64,000 nt of DNA from a virus (Duplodnaviria; Caudoviricetes). Positions 28,663 through 37,700 of this stretch are shown one piece after another. The notes under the pieces were generated by a model. It did not search any database. It was given only the letters and a program-made list of their open reading frames with translations, and was not told the origin of the DNA. How positions within the stretch are numbered: the first letter of the stretch is position 1; the number at the start of each line of letters is the position of its first letter. The position numbers were made by a program, and so were the translations under genes. The stretch covers positions 62,342 through 126,341 of the IMG/VR virus record IMGVR_UViG_2706795740_000001; one strand, 5' to 3'.

Positions 28663-29865
28663 CTAATCAACTCCTACGATGCAGTCTTTAGCATTTTTGT
28701 CGTCACGGAATCGAGAGAATTGAGGATGACGGTAAAATCCATCTTTAGTGACTTCCATCGCACCAATTTCTATGACTTTTCCGATATATTTACTTGGATT
28801 TATGGACATGTCTTTCCTCAATTCTTCTGAAATTCCAGAGCAGTCGCCCACTTCGACCAACTCTCCGTCAGCGTTATACTGACTGAAGATGATAGAACCA
28901 ATCCACTTCATAGCGTAGAACTTAGTCACTGCCGCAAGTGGGTGTCCTACTTCCTTGCCCACACGTTCAGCTTCTTCCTCCCCACTCAGTTGCCAGATAT
29001 CGCCATTGATTCCTTCCCACCATTGGTGCGTAGCCCTTTCATCGCCCTTGTAGTCACGCTTGGCGGGCTTGAATCCTGTAATAATCACGTCAGCCGTGAT
29101 ATGCTTCTTAACCTTAACCCAATTCCATGCAGGCTTCTTGTCAGGATGATAAGTACCGTTGACGTGTTTGAGCATTACACCCTCGCCGTCACGTGCCATG
29201 ATTTCCTTGTAGAAGTCACGCTTGTTGTAAACAACGACTCGTGACACGTCAATCTTGTCGAAGAAGTTGCTATTGTACTTAATTAGGTCTAGCTTGATTT
29301 GGCCAACAACCTGTTCCAAGATGATGCGGCGTTCCTTCCAAGGCTTGTCCATGAGCCAGTTACCGTCAAAGTCACGAAGGATATCGAACACCACATAGTC
29401 AAGCGGTTCGGTCGGAGCAAGAATGTCGTCCATCTCTCTCTTTTTGACTTCAGCCCACTCGTCCTCTTCCCACATGCGCCAGAACAGCTTCTTCTTGTCA
29501 TCGCTGTGCTTCATGTCGCCAAAGCCTTGACGCATGCACGCCTTTCTAGGTGTCGCCCCCATGATTTTCGTGACCTCGTTGGAAGTCATTCCGTTACGGT
29601 AAACTTCTCCATCGAGAATCAGCAAAGGATACCTTTTTAAGAAGTTCAGGTGAGGGACGTTCTCTGTCTTCTCTACAGGGAAGTTCGTCTTCACGCTCAA
29701 CTTGCGGGAGAAGAACCTGCCACCTACGGAGACATAGCGACTGCCGTCATACTTTTCTTCTGCCACGTAGTTCGGGTTGTCCCACAAGGCATCCATCTTC
29801 TCTTCATCTTTCACTGCATTGCCGCCCATTGGTAAGAGAATCTCATCTAATGGATAATTACTCAC
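28663..29865 (-). CDS. ATP-dependent DNA ligase
   Basis: EEKYDGSR motif I, LDGEV, VFDIL, EGVMLK, WVKVK, RHPQFSRFRDDK. Confidence 0.95.
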   Translation of the reverse strand: MSNYPLDEILLPMGGNAVKDEEKMDALWDNPNYVAEEKYDGSRYVSVGGRFFSRKLSVKTNFPVEKTENVPHLNFLKRYPLLILDGEVYRNGMTSNEVTKIMGATPRKACMRQGFGDMKHSDDKKKLFWRMWEEDEWAEVKKREMDDILAPTEPLDYVVFDILRDFDGNWLMDKPWKERRIILEQVVGQIKLDLIKYNSNFFDKIDVSRVVVYNKRDFYKEIMARDGEGVMLKHVNGTYHPDKKPAWNWVKVKKHITADVIITGFKPAKRDYKGDERATHQWWEGINGDIWQLSGEEEAERVGKEVGHPLAAVTKFYAMKWIGSIIFSQYNADGELVEVGDCSGISEELRKDMSINPSKYIGKVIEIGAMEVTKDGFYRHPQFSRFRDDKNAKDCIVGVD

Positions 29866-30152
29866 TAGGCTTCAACCCTCTCAAGAAAATAGATTGTATT
29901 TAAGGTTTTGACTTGGATTTGCTCTCCGTTTGTAACTTCTGTGATACGGGTTGTAAGGAAAGCATGTATTTCATCTTCTGGGTCATATACAATGAGGCGG
30001 CGACCTTCTGTCAGGTCAGCAATACTTTGAATATCACCTACAATAAGTCCAATCCTTTTCGTAACACCTGTTTGATTGGCCTGTTCCTGTAGGTCAGAGT
30101 CCTTAATTGTTATACCGTCCAGTTCAGTTGCTTTGACTACCTTGAAGTACAT
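29865..30152 (-). CDS. Hypothetical protein
   Basis: C-terminal TLNTIY; GGAGG RBS. Confidence 0.55.
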   Translation of the reverse strand: MYFKVVKATELDGITIKDSDLQEQANQTGVTKRIGLIVGDIQSIADLTEGRRLIVYDPEDEIHAFLTTRITEVTNGEQIQVKTLNTIYFLERVEA

Positions 30153-30167
30153 TTTCTTTCCCTCCCC

Positions 30168-30395
30168 CTAATGCAAAATTTTTTGAAATCCGTCAGGGTG
30201 AGCAAGGGCTGTTCCGTTGATACTTGCCACTGTTTGGTGAATACCGTATAATTCTTCTGATACAGCGACAAGTAATGCTGAAGAAAAATCGAGTTCATTA
30301 ATGTCCCGGTTCTCTTCCTTAGCAAGTCTCTCAGCGATATCCACCACCCTAAGAGCGAAACTTTCAGTGTAATCTTCACAAGTCATAGGCTTCAT
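30168..30395 (-). CDS. Hypothetical protein
   Basis: AGGAG RBS directly after phage promoter 30418. Confidence 0.55.
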   Translation of the reverse strand: MKPMTCEDYTESFALRVVDIAERLAKEENRDINELDFSSALLVAVSEELYGIHQTVASINGTALAHPDGFQKILH

Positions 30396-30416
30396 ATTGT
30401 CAGCTCCTTACGCTCT

Positions 30417-30998
30417 TTATGGTCGCTCCATGTGCTTCTTGAGTTGCGGTACAGAGCACCAAGGCAATAATCCTTTTACCTCAAGTTGCTCTATCAGTTT
30501 TAGGAACTCCATAAAATTGGTGACACGATAGTCCAAATCACGACCTTTCTCTAAGTGCTTATTGTGTGGGGCATCCATACAAACTCTAATTGGCAAAAAA
30601 TTCGGATTAAATTCAGGGGAATCATCCAGTAACAGATCACCACGAATCAGGTACTTATCAAATGTCGTAATAACATTCTTCTGGCCAATCCACGGAAAGT
30701 GTCTGTCTACCCACATTTTCTTCTCCATTGCAGAAGAAGGTGTCGGAGCGGCAGTGACAAAGAAAATTCTATGGTTCACGCTTAGATCACGAAGCACCGT
30801 TTGAGAGTCTTTTGTTACATCTAACTTCCAGTAGATGCCCTCACGTTTAAAGTAAGTTCCTAGAACTTCTCTGTTCTTGTTCCAATCTGTTAAAGTCTTT
30901 GGGTCTAGTCTCTCTCCCGTCTCGACTTCATGCAGATGGATAACATAACCCAGAAGGTCAGCCACTACTTCATCCATGTCTACAAGTAAAATTGCCAT
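30417..30998 (-). CDS. 5'(3')-deoxyribonucleotidase (HAD, NT5C-like)
   Basis: DMDEVVAD, FVTA, EK..W, LLDDSP, PHN. Confidence 0.9.
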   Translation of the reverse strand: MAILLVDMDEVVADLLGYVIHLHEVETGERLDPKTLTDWNKNREVLGTYFKREGIYWKLDVTKDSQTVLRDLSVNHRIFFVTAAPTPSSAMEKKMWVDRHFPWIGQKNVITTFDKYLIRGDLLLDDSPEFNPNFLPIRVCMDAPHNKHLEKGRDLDYRVTNFMEFLKLIEQLEVKGLLPWCSVPQLKKHMERP

Positions 30999-31000
30999 AA

Positions 31001-31237
31001 TTATCGCCCCATGCTTTCAGGGTTTTGTATCCAACCATATTCTATAGAACGCTCATGCTCTTGTTTCATTTCCTTAAGACAAGCTTTCTTGAACTCTTCT
31101 TCTATCCCATAACTCAACGCTTGTACTGGAACTGTCACTCTCAGGTCTTTTGCTATTTCATAGACAAACGGGTCTAAGGATTTCTTCACATCCTTAGCTT
31201 CGAGTTGTATCCCTCCATTACGCTTGTACATGGGCAC
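31001..31237 (-). CDS. Hypothetical protein
   Basis: GGGAGG RBS. Confidence 0.5.
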   Translation of the reverse strand: MPMYKRNGGIQLEAKDVKKSLDPFVYEIAKDLRVTVPVQALSYGIEEEFKKACLKEMKQEHERSIEYGWIQNPESMGR

Positions 31238-31271
31238 GCCCTCCCTCTATTACAAACCATTCCTTTTATTT

Positions 31272-31646
31272 TTACTTAAAAGAGCCTGCCTTACGTCCCA
31301 CCTGAAGGCCGTTGCTTGCTAAGATGTGAAGCAATTGTGCTGTTGTTACCGTTCCACCGAACTTGCCTTCGATCTCACGTGTGAGAATTGTCTGTGCCCG
31401 TACAGGCCTTGGCGCTATTGTTTCAGGCTCATGCACAAGAACATAGTTATAGACTCCGTCCCCCAAGTTCTCAAGGGCAACTTTATAGCCTTGCATGTAC
31501 AATTCTTGAAGACGCGCTTGCCAACGAAGACTAATTTCTTGAAGCTCTACGTTGGTGATTCCTTTCTCGCCCGCCTGACGCAATGCAGTCAGAACACGTT
31601 GGCGTTGGGATGGAACAGGTTTCAAAGTATTATTGTAAGTGGCCAT
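31272..31646 (-). CDS. Winged-helix DNA-binding protein
   Basis: QRQRVLTAL..AG.KGIT..EL...ARLQEL...GY. Confidence 0.65.
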   Translation of the reverse strand: MATYNNTLKPVPSQRQRVLTALRQAGEKGITNVELQEISLRWQARLQELYMQGYKVALENLGDGVYNYVLVHEPETIAPRPVRAQTILTREIEGKFGGTVTTAQLLHILASNGLQVGRKAGSFK

Positions 31647-31811
31647 TTACCATCTCTCCCATATCTCATTTGCCTTACACTATCTATGGTGGAGTTATCT
31701 ATTAAAATAGTTGCGAAAAATAAAAAGCTAGGTAATCCCTAGCCTTAAATCACTGAAAATAGTTTGCTAAATTACTTTGGGATACTGACTCTCCCCGTTG
31801 TTTCCTCATGC

Positions 31812-31994
31812 TTATCCAAAATACATTTGATATTGTTTGTCACATCCGTCACACTCGATAATGTATGTCTTACCGAAATTATCTACATCTAATTCCTGTT
31901 GCTCCTGTCCGCAGTAAGGACATTTCACATTCGTATACATCGCATACAAGCTAGCTACTTCTGTATCTTCATAAGTACGGAATATTATTCCCAT
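31812..31994 (-). CDS. Small Zn-ribbon protein (cassette)
   Basis: CPYC/CDGC. Confidence 0.6.
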   Translation of the reverse strand: MGIIFRTYEDTEVASLYAMYTNVKCPYCGQEQQELDVDNFGKTYIIECDGCDKQYQMYFG

Positions 31995-32033
31995 CCCGTC
32001 TCCTCCCTTATCACAAGTAATGTTAAGTTAAAT

Positions 32034-32228
32034 TCACCATGTTCTGAACTCGATCATCTGACCGCACTTGCAATCAATATTTACTTCAATACTTGAGCAT
32101 CCCGTCCAACTGTCATCATGGCGTGTATATATTTCAATTGGATAATCTCGTTTGTAATCGGTGGTGATTGTTATTTCACTACCGCATGCTTGACATATCA
32201 CCTTGAAACCAATTTTCTGTTCTTGCAT
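32034..32228 (-). CDS. Small Zn-ribbon protein (cassette)
   Basis: CQAC/CKC. Confidence 0.6.
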   Translation of the reverse strand: MQEQKIGFKVICQACGSEITITTDYKRDYPIEIYTRHDDSWTGCSSIEVNIDCKCGQMIEFRTW

Positions 32229-32258
32229 TTCATCACCCCATTTACAAATCGTGTGTTG

Positions 32259-32615
32259 TTAAATTAGCTTTTCATCAAGTAACCCCAATTTATAAGCAAC
32301 CTGTGCAGTTTCATGATCTACAAGTTTGCCATTAACCGTATTTGCATAAGGAGAAACTTTCTTGCTTTTAGGATCGTACCACCCTGTCTCAATCTCCTTT
32401 TCAGAGAAAGGGTGTCCCTCCTTCCAGATCGCTTTATCCTTCTCAAAGTCGTAGGCATACCATTTCTTTATCTCCGGCCCTATCTCACTTGCATGGCAAT
32501 TTTCACAATGGAATGGTCCACATTGAACCAGACCTACGCCAACATCCACCCAATCAGCTTCACACTCAGTTCCACAATAAGGGCACTTTTCTGTCCGTGT
32601 ATCATAAGCTCCCAT
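32259..32615 (-). CDS. Zn-ribbon protein (cassette)
   Basis: CPYC..ADWVDVGVG.VQCGPFHCENC; ATG 32615 after GGAGG. Confidence 0.7.
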   Translation of the reverse strand: MGAYDTRTEKCPYCGTECEADWVDVGVGLVQCGPFHCENCHASEIGPEIKKWYAYDFEKDKAIWKEGHPFSEKEIETGWYDPKSKKVSPYANTVNGKLVDHETAQVAYKLGLLDEKLI

Positions 32616-32651
32616 TTTAAATTCCTCCCTTATCACAAGTGATTGTTTTGC

Positions 32652-32852
32652 CTACACATCCTCCTGCTCAGAGTGCTTCCCTTTGTTCCAAAGTTCAAGA
32701 TAGAATTCAGCATCGTCCAAAGTGCATTCAATATCACTGATCAGTTCTTGCAATTCGACAATCTTTGCCTTTCCTTTCTGGATAAGCTCCTCTAAGCAAG
32801 GTTTACATTTCAAATCAGTGAAAGGTCTGCCTCCGCAAGTGCATGTATTCAT
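32652..32852 (-). CDS. Small Cys-rich coiled-coil protein
   Basis: CTCGG...CKPC; ATG 32852 after GGGAGG. Confidence 0.5.
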   Translation of the reverse strand: MNTCTCGGRPFTDLKCKPCLEELIQKGKAKIVELQELISDIECTLDDAEFYLELWNKGKHSEQEDV

Positions 32853-32886
32853 ATCTAACCCCCCCCTCCCTTTCAGCAATGGTTTG

Positions 32887-33093
32887 TTAAATATAAACTT
32901 CCCTTGGCGCACTTCCACGGTACGGAGAAACTAATCCCTCTTTCTCCATGCGATCTACAATTCTTGCCGCATAGACGTAGCCAACTCTAATTTTTCTTTG
33001 CAACATGGTAACTGAGCATTACTTCGTTTCCTTCACGATCTGTACTGCCTCTTGATAACGCTCTTCAAAATCTGAATACAAATTACTACCCAT
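32887..33093 (-). pseudogene. Stand-alone FtsK gamma domain with in-frame stop
   Basis: MGSNLYSDFEERYQEAVQIVKETK*CSVTMLQRKIRVGYVYAARIVDRMEKEGLVSPYRGSAPREVYI; TAA at 33019-33021. Confidence 0.8.
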
Positions 33094-33128
33094 GTCAGAT
33101 TCCTCCATTTACAAAGCATGTATTGTGT

Positions 33129-33581
33129 TCAATGAATTACTTCCCAAGAGCCAACATTAAATTTCTCTTGAGCTTCCTCTTGACTTATAGCCCTTTGTGA
33201 TCCGTCAGCATAAACAACAAGGATTTTACCTGTTGGATAACCGTCAAAGTCTTTGTCAAATGAAACCAGCATTTTTCCAACGTCACGACTTTTTACAAAT
33301 TCGCAACCGTCGATATCCTCAATTCGAAAGTTATTTAATCCCGCAAAAATAAGTTTTCCATTGCTATAACTATCTGCATATCCTTCACTAAATGCTAAGG
33401 CGAGTATGCAAAATGTCTCTTTATCTCCGTATCTATAGATAACGTCATCGGGAACTCCAACTTCATTGAGCTTTCTAAGGTTTTTCTTACTACTAGCAAC
33501 AAGGATGTACGCATCGTCTCCGCCGTTCGTATCTACTGCCTTTAAGCTATTTAATACATCCAAAACTGCTTGTCTATTCAT
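33129..33581 (-). CDS. Hypothetical protein (cassette)
   Basis: 150-aa ORF with GGAG RBS. Confidence 0.6.
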   Translation of the reverse strand: MNRQAVLDVLNSLKAVDTNGGDDAYILVASSKKNLRKLNEVGVPDDVIYRYGDKETFCILALAFSEGYADSYSNGKLIFAGLNNFRIEDIDGCEFVKSRDVGKMLVSFDKDFDGYPTGKILVVYADGSQRAISQEEAQEKFNVGSWEVIH

Positions 33582-33584
33582 TAT

Positions 33585-33923
33585 TCATCTCTCCTTCTCT
33601 CTGCCCTTAATCACCTTTATAGCAACTATACATATGGCTTCTTGTGCAGTCTTTGCAAAGACTTCAATCTTCCGACCAATCGGCCTATCATCAAAGACAG
33701 CCAAATACTTCATATCTTCTGGTAGATTTCCAGCTTGAGGTATCAATGCAATACATAGCTTATCCATCACTTGAAAAGCATCAGCTATATTACGAAGTGG
33801 ATTCCAACCACTTCTAAACTCGTCAGGTGAATGCCAGCCCCACAAATCCAATTCAACATGATATATCCATCTCCACCCCATCACCGCAGTTGCCAGTGTT
33901 TTAATGATCTGTTGTTCGGTCAT
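33585..33923 (-). CDS. BC1872-like phage ABA-sandwich protein
   Basis: LA..VMGW...WNPL.NIADAF.V..KL...A.TA.EAIC..A. Confidence 0.7.
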   Translation of the reverse strand: MTEQQIIKTLATAVMGWRWIYHVELDLWGWHSPDEFRSGWNPLRNIADAFQVMDKLCIALIPQAGNLPEDMKYLAVFDDRPIGRKIEVFAKTAQEAICIVAIKVIKGREKER

Positions 33924-33964
33924 AATATCCTCCCATTTTACAAAGCGTGTGCCGTGTTAATAAT

Positions 33965-34224
33965 TAGAAACCGCCATGTACTATGACCTCTCCTGTGAGT
34001 TTGTTTATTTCTACATACACATAGTTTTCAGACAAAGTTTGCACTGTTTCATACGTAATTTCTTCATTACAATGAGGGCATTTTTTCAAACGGAAATCTG
34101 TAACTTCTCATCCAACCCATTTCTTTTTCTCGATTTGTTCATCAAACTCATAAAAAACGCCATTGCACAGCCTGCATTGCATCTCTTTAGCTGATAAAGA
34201 AAGAGTTCCTCCTATGTCTTTCAT
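33965..34224 (-). pseudogene. Decayed Zn-ribbon cassette gene
   Basis: ATG after GGGGA RBS, then frameshift; frame QCRLC...VG*EVTDF...CPHC contains a TGA. Confidence 0.5.
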
Positions 34225-34264
34225 TGTTTATCCCCCAGTTGTTCGGTCATTGTGCTTCCTCTCC

Positions 34265-34660
34265 TCACAGCAACGATATTGAAATCATAGGTTCGAGGCA
34301 GATTCCTTTTGCTTTACGATAGTATCGCTGTCCATCAGCCACAATAGACGTTGGTTTTGCATTGCCGTATAAATTTGAATAAGAATCAACTTGACTCTTC
34401 GGGATTAACTCCCATACCTTAATGTCATCCATGCAACCATCAAGGTCGTCGCATTCCCAATGGCCCCAATCGTAAAACTTTTTTTGTAACCAGTCGGTCA
34501 ATTCTGTATCAGAAAGGAAAATGTATGCTTCTTCCGCGTTGTCTTCACGGTAAACATAAAAGTATTCGTCAAGCAGACTACTTTGTTTTTCGATTACAGC
34601 TTTTAATGCACGCCAATTTGATACTGAGCTTCCAACTAAATCTATCTGGTATTTACTCAT
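34265..34660 (-). CDS. Hypothetical protein
   Basis: GGAGG RBS downstream of promoter 34722. Confidence 0.65.
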   Translation of the reverse strand: MSKYQIDLVGSSVSNWRALKAVIEKQSSLLDEYFYVYREDNAEEAYIFLSDTELTDWLQKKFYDWGHWECDDLDGCMDDIKVWELIPKSQVDSYSNLYGNAKPTSIVADGQRYYRKAKGICLEPMISISLL

Positions 34661-34767
34661 AATTGCCTCCTATTTTTGTCCTAAATGATCTGTTATTTGT
34701 TCGAATTTGCTTTACACTATCTATGGTCGATGTATGGTGTAAAAAAGTGGCAAAAGAAAAAGAAGCC

Positions 34768-37700
34768 TTAAGCGGCCTCTTCTCCTTCTTCCTCATCTGC
34801 ATCAGCCTCAATAAACGTGCCGATTTTGTACTCAATACCAAACTTAGATAGCTTTTTCTTTACTTCTTCCTCAAAGACTTCTCTCCAATCAAGAGTACCA
34901 TCGTTCATCATGCGGATTTGCTCAGTAGAGAAGTTCCCGCCCCAATACGGGCTTACTTCTATGTCACTTTTAAAGCGAACGCCAACATCATTCGGGATAA
35001 CGTTTGCCATTGTTTCTGTGATGGCCTTCAGGGCGGCAGGGTCAACATCAGCAGGAGCGTCAAAAATTAACTCATCGTGTACCTGCAACACAAGATGAAT
35101 GTCATCCTTCTCAAGCTGTGATACATATCCCTCACGCAACCACTCCTCACGGTCAAAACAAAGAGTGCCATCAGGCCGTCGTGGGTAGAACAACGCCACC
35201 ATTGCCGCCTTAGATTGGTCTGCCGAACTTCCCTGAATCTTGGCGTTACCTCCTTGGCGTTTGCATTTCTCGATCTTCCAGTGCCATCCAGACTTCTTCC
35301 AAGAGTCTTCTTGTTTAGCTTCAGCGATAGTCTCGCCGAATCTACGCTTACGACCAAGAACAGTCTCGATGTAACCTTTCTCCATAACCTCTTTATGTGT
35401 TTGTGCTTCCCACAACAGATAGTTAGGGAGGCCCGCCTTAAACCCATCAATAAGAGACTTGGCCTCTTCCTTGGAAGATTCAATTTGGTCAGCAAGACCG
35501 ATTTCAGTTATGCCGTATACAACACCGAATACCCATTCGGTTTCCCATGTTACCATGAGCGTGGACTATACCTTGATAATGCTATCTAGGAATATCTGCA
35601 ATCCCTAGAAAACTTATCCCTCCCGTTAAATAGGTTCGATTGATTTACGCACTCATTATAAGGAAACTAAATCCGTACAATAGCACTAAGTGCGTAGGCG
35701 ACCTATTATAAGTCTCTACACCGTCATCCCTAAGCTACTAGGGGTTTTGGCTCGGTATTGCCCAGTTGGGTTTCACCGATATGAGAGAGGTTTATAGTCG
35801 GCAGTATGGTGTTTACCGACTTGGTCTTCTTACGTAGCAACTCAAAGAAAGAAGCAAGGCGTTCGATGGTCGGGCGGGTAATGTCACTCAAGCAAGCATT
35901 TGCACCTTGTTCCTTACTGTTAAGGTAAGTAATAGCATAGGCCAATTCTTGCGAACTAGAATATTTAACAATTGCTTCATTAACATTAGCCGCCGTTTCT
36001 TCTTCAGACTCTCCCTTATACCCACGAATCATTTCGAACATGTCATAATCAAACCCATGAATCTGGCATGTCACTTTACTGTGCATGTCCAAACCGTGCT
36101 CGAAAATATCAATGAGTGTTTGCTCACGGGTAAAGATCGCCAGCCAGCGAAGCTCCTGTTGCTTAATCTACATACTTTCGTAAGAGCCTGACTATACCTT
36201 CAAGGGGCAACTTCATAGCAACTAAGCCCCTGCTCACCGTATATACGTGTTCGATTGATTTTACCGCTTTGCGGTATTACGACACGTAATAAGTCGATAC
36301 ACTCCCTGCTATTGAGAGCACGGGATTGGCATATGAGTCACAAACACATCTTGCTTTCTGTCCATTGCTAGACAGTTGTCATAGTAGATATTCTCATAGA
36401 ACTTCTTTGCTAATCGGTTCGAATGGAATCCGACAACATAATTTCCTGCTCCGCGCTTATCGAACTTGATTTTTACATCATGTTCGAGCATATCACTAAG
36501 GATTTCAGCTAACCTTTTAGCGAATTTCTCCGCCCCTAAAGTGAACCTTACTGCCAGTTGTTTTGAATAGCACCCCACTGTCCCATCCCCATCAAAGTAT
36601 CCCCTTATGAAGTCTCTCAAGTACTCTTTAGGAATTTCAGGGAAGGTCATTGATCTGGACTTATTAGGTGTTACACCTAACGCAATCAGTCGGGCGGCTA
36701 CGTCACGGCGAGAAGCAGATATGCCGTAGGACTCTTTACCGTACTTCTTATCTGTGCGTGTAAAGATGTAGCTTCTATCCATACCTAACGTGTCAGCTAA
36801 CTTTTCAATGTGGTCAAGGTCTTTTATCTGAATACGGAAACGGTTATTCGACAGATTACCGTCAGCGTAAATAAAACCTAATACATAAGCCATTTCAGGA
36901 GACCACTCATTAAAGAAGTTCTCGTTGAACGGGATACCGATTTTCATAGCCTGTGCTGTCCCTGAATCTCTACGTTCAATTTCAAACTCTTTCATCTTAC
37001 CCATCACATAACATTGAGAACGACTTATGAGTTTTGCAATCTCCTTAGTGGACTTTTGCTCCACATTGTACAGTCTATCTAGTTCTTCTATGGTTAGTTC
37101 ATGTCCTTTGCTCCGAAGAGGGATGCCAAACGATATTACTTTCCTCCTAACCCAAGAGTGCTCCCACCCTGTTTCTTGGGCGATCTCTTTGAAGTTAAGT
37201 GCTCTATTAACATACAGTTCGGTAAGAAGTTCTTTAGTAAGTTCTACTTTCATGGCTTCAACACTCCTTAAAATGATTGTACTACCATTATAAGGATGCT
37301 GTAAACCATTCTAACTCTTGATGTGTAAGTAACGCACTTAGCGTTCCCCGTTTTGAGTGAGTTTAGATTAACGACTTCAGCCAACAATTAGGCTATTTGG
37401 CGTAAACTGAAGTCGGCAGATACTAGTAGACGCCCTGCCGCCGCACGGAACGCATAGCGGATAAGGTCAAATTTCGATGGAATCTGCTGTAGATTTGGAT
37501 TTGAGCAACTAACGCGTCCAGTCCTAACAAGCTGATTGTAGGCACAATGTATGATACCATCCACGGTATCTTGTGGTAATTTATTGCAGAATGCGTCAAT
37601 AAGCTTAGACAGTCCACGGTATTCAAGAATCAACTCAATTACCTTGTGCTTCTTCTTATTGCGTGTGAGAACTTTCTTGCTTGTGGACTTCTTGGGCACT

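Noticed and set aside
35730-36092. Stand-alone 120-aa gene, and separate 492-aa and 262-aa polymerase fragments
   Set aside because: They are polA exons running into intron sequence; not a pseudogene or intein
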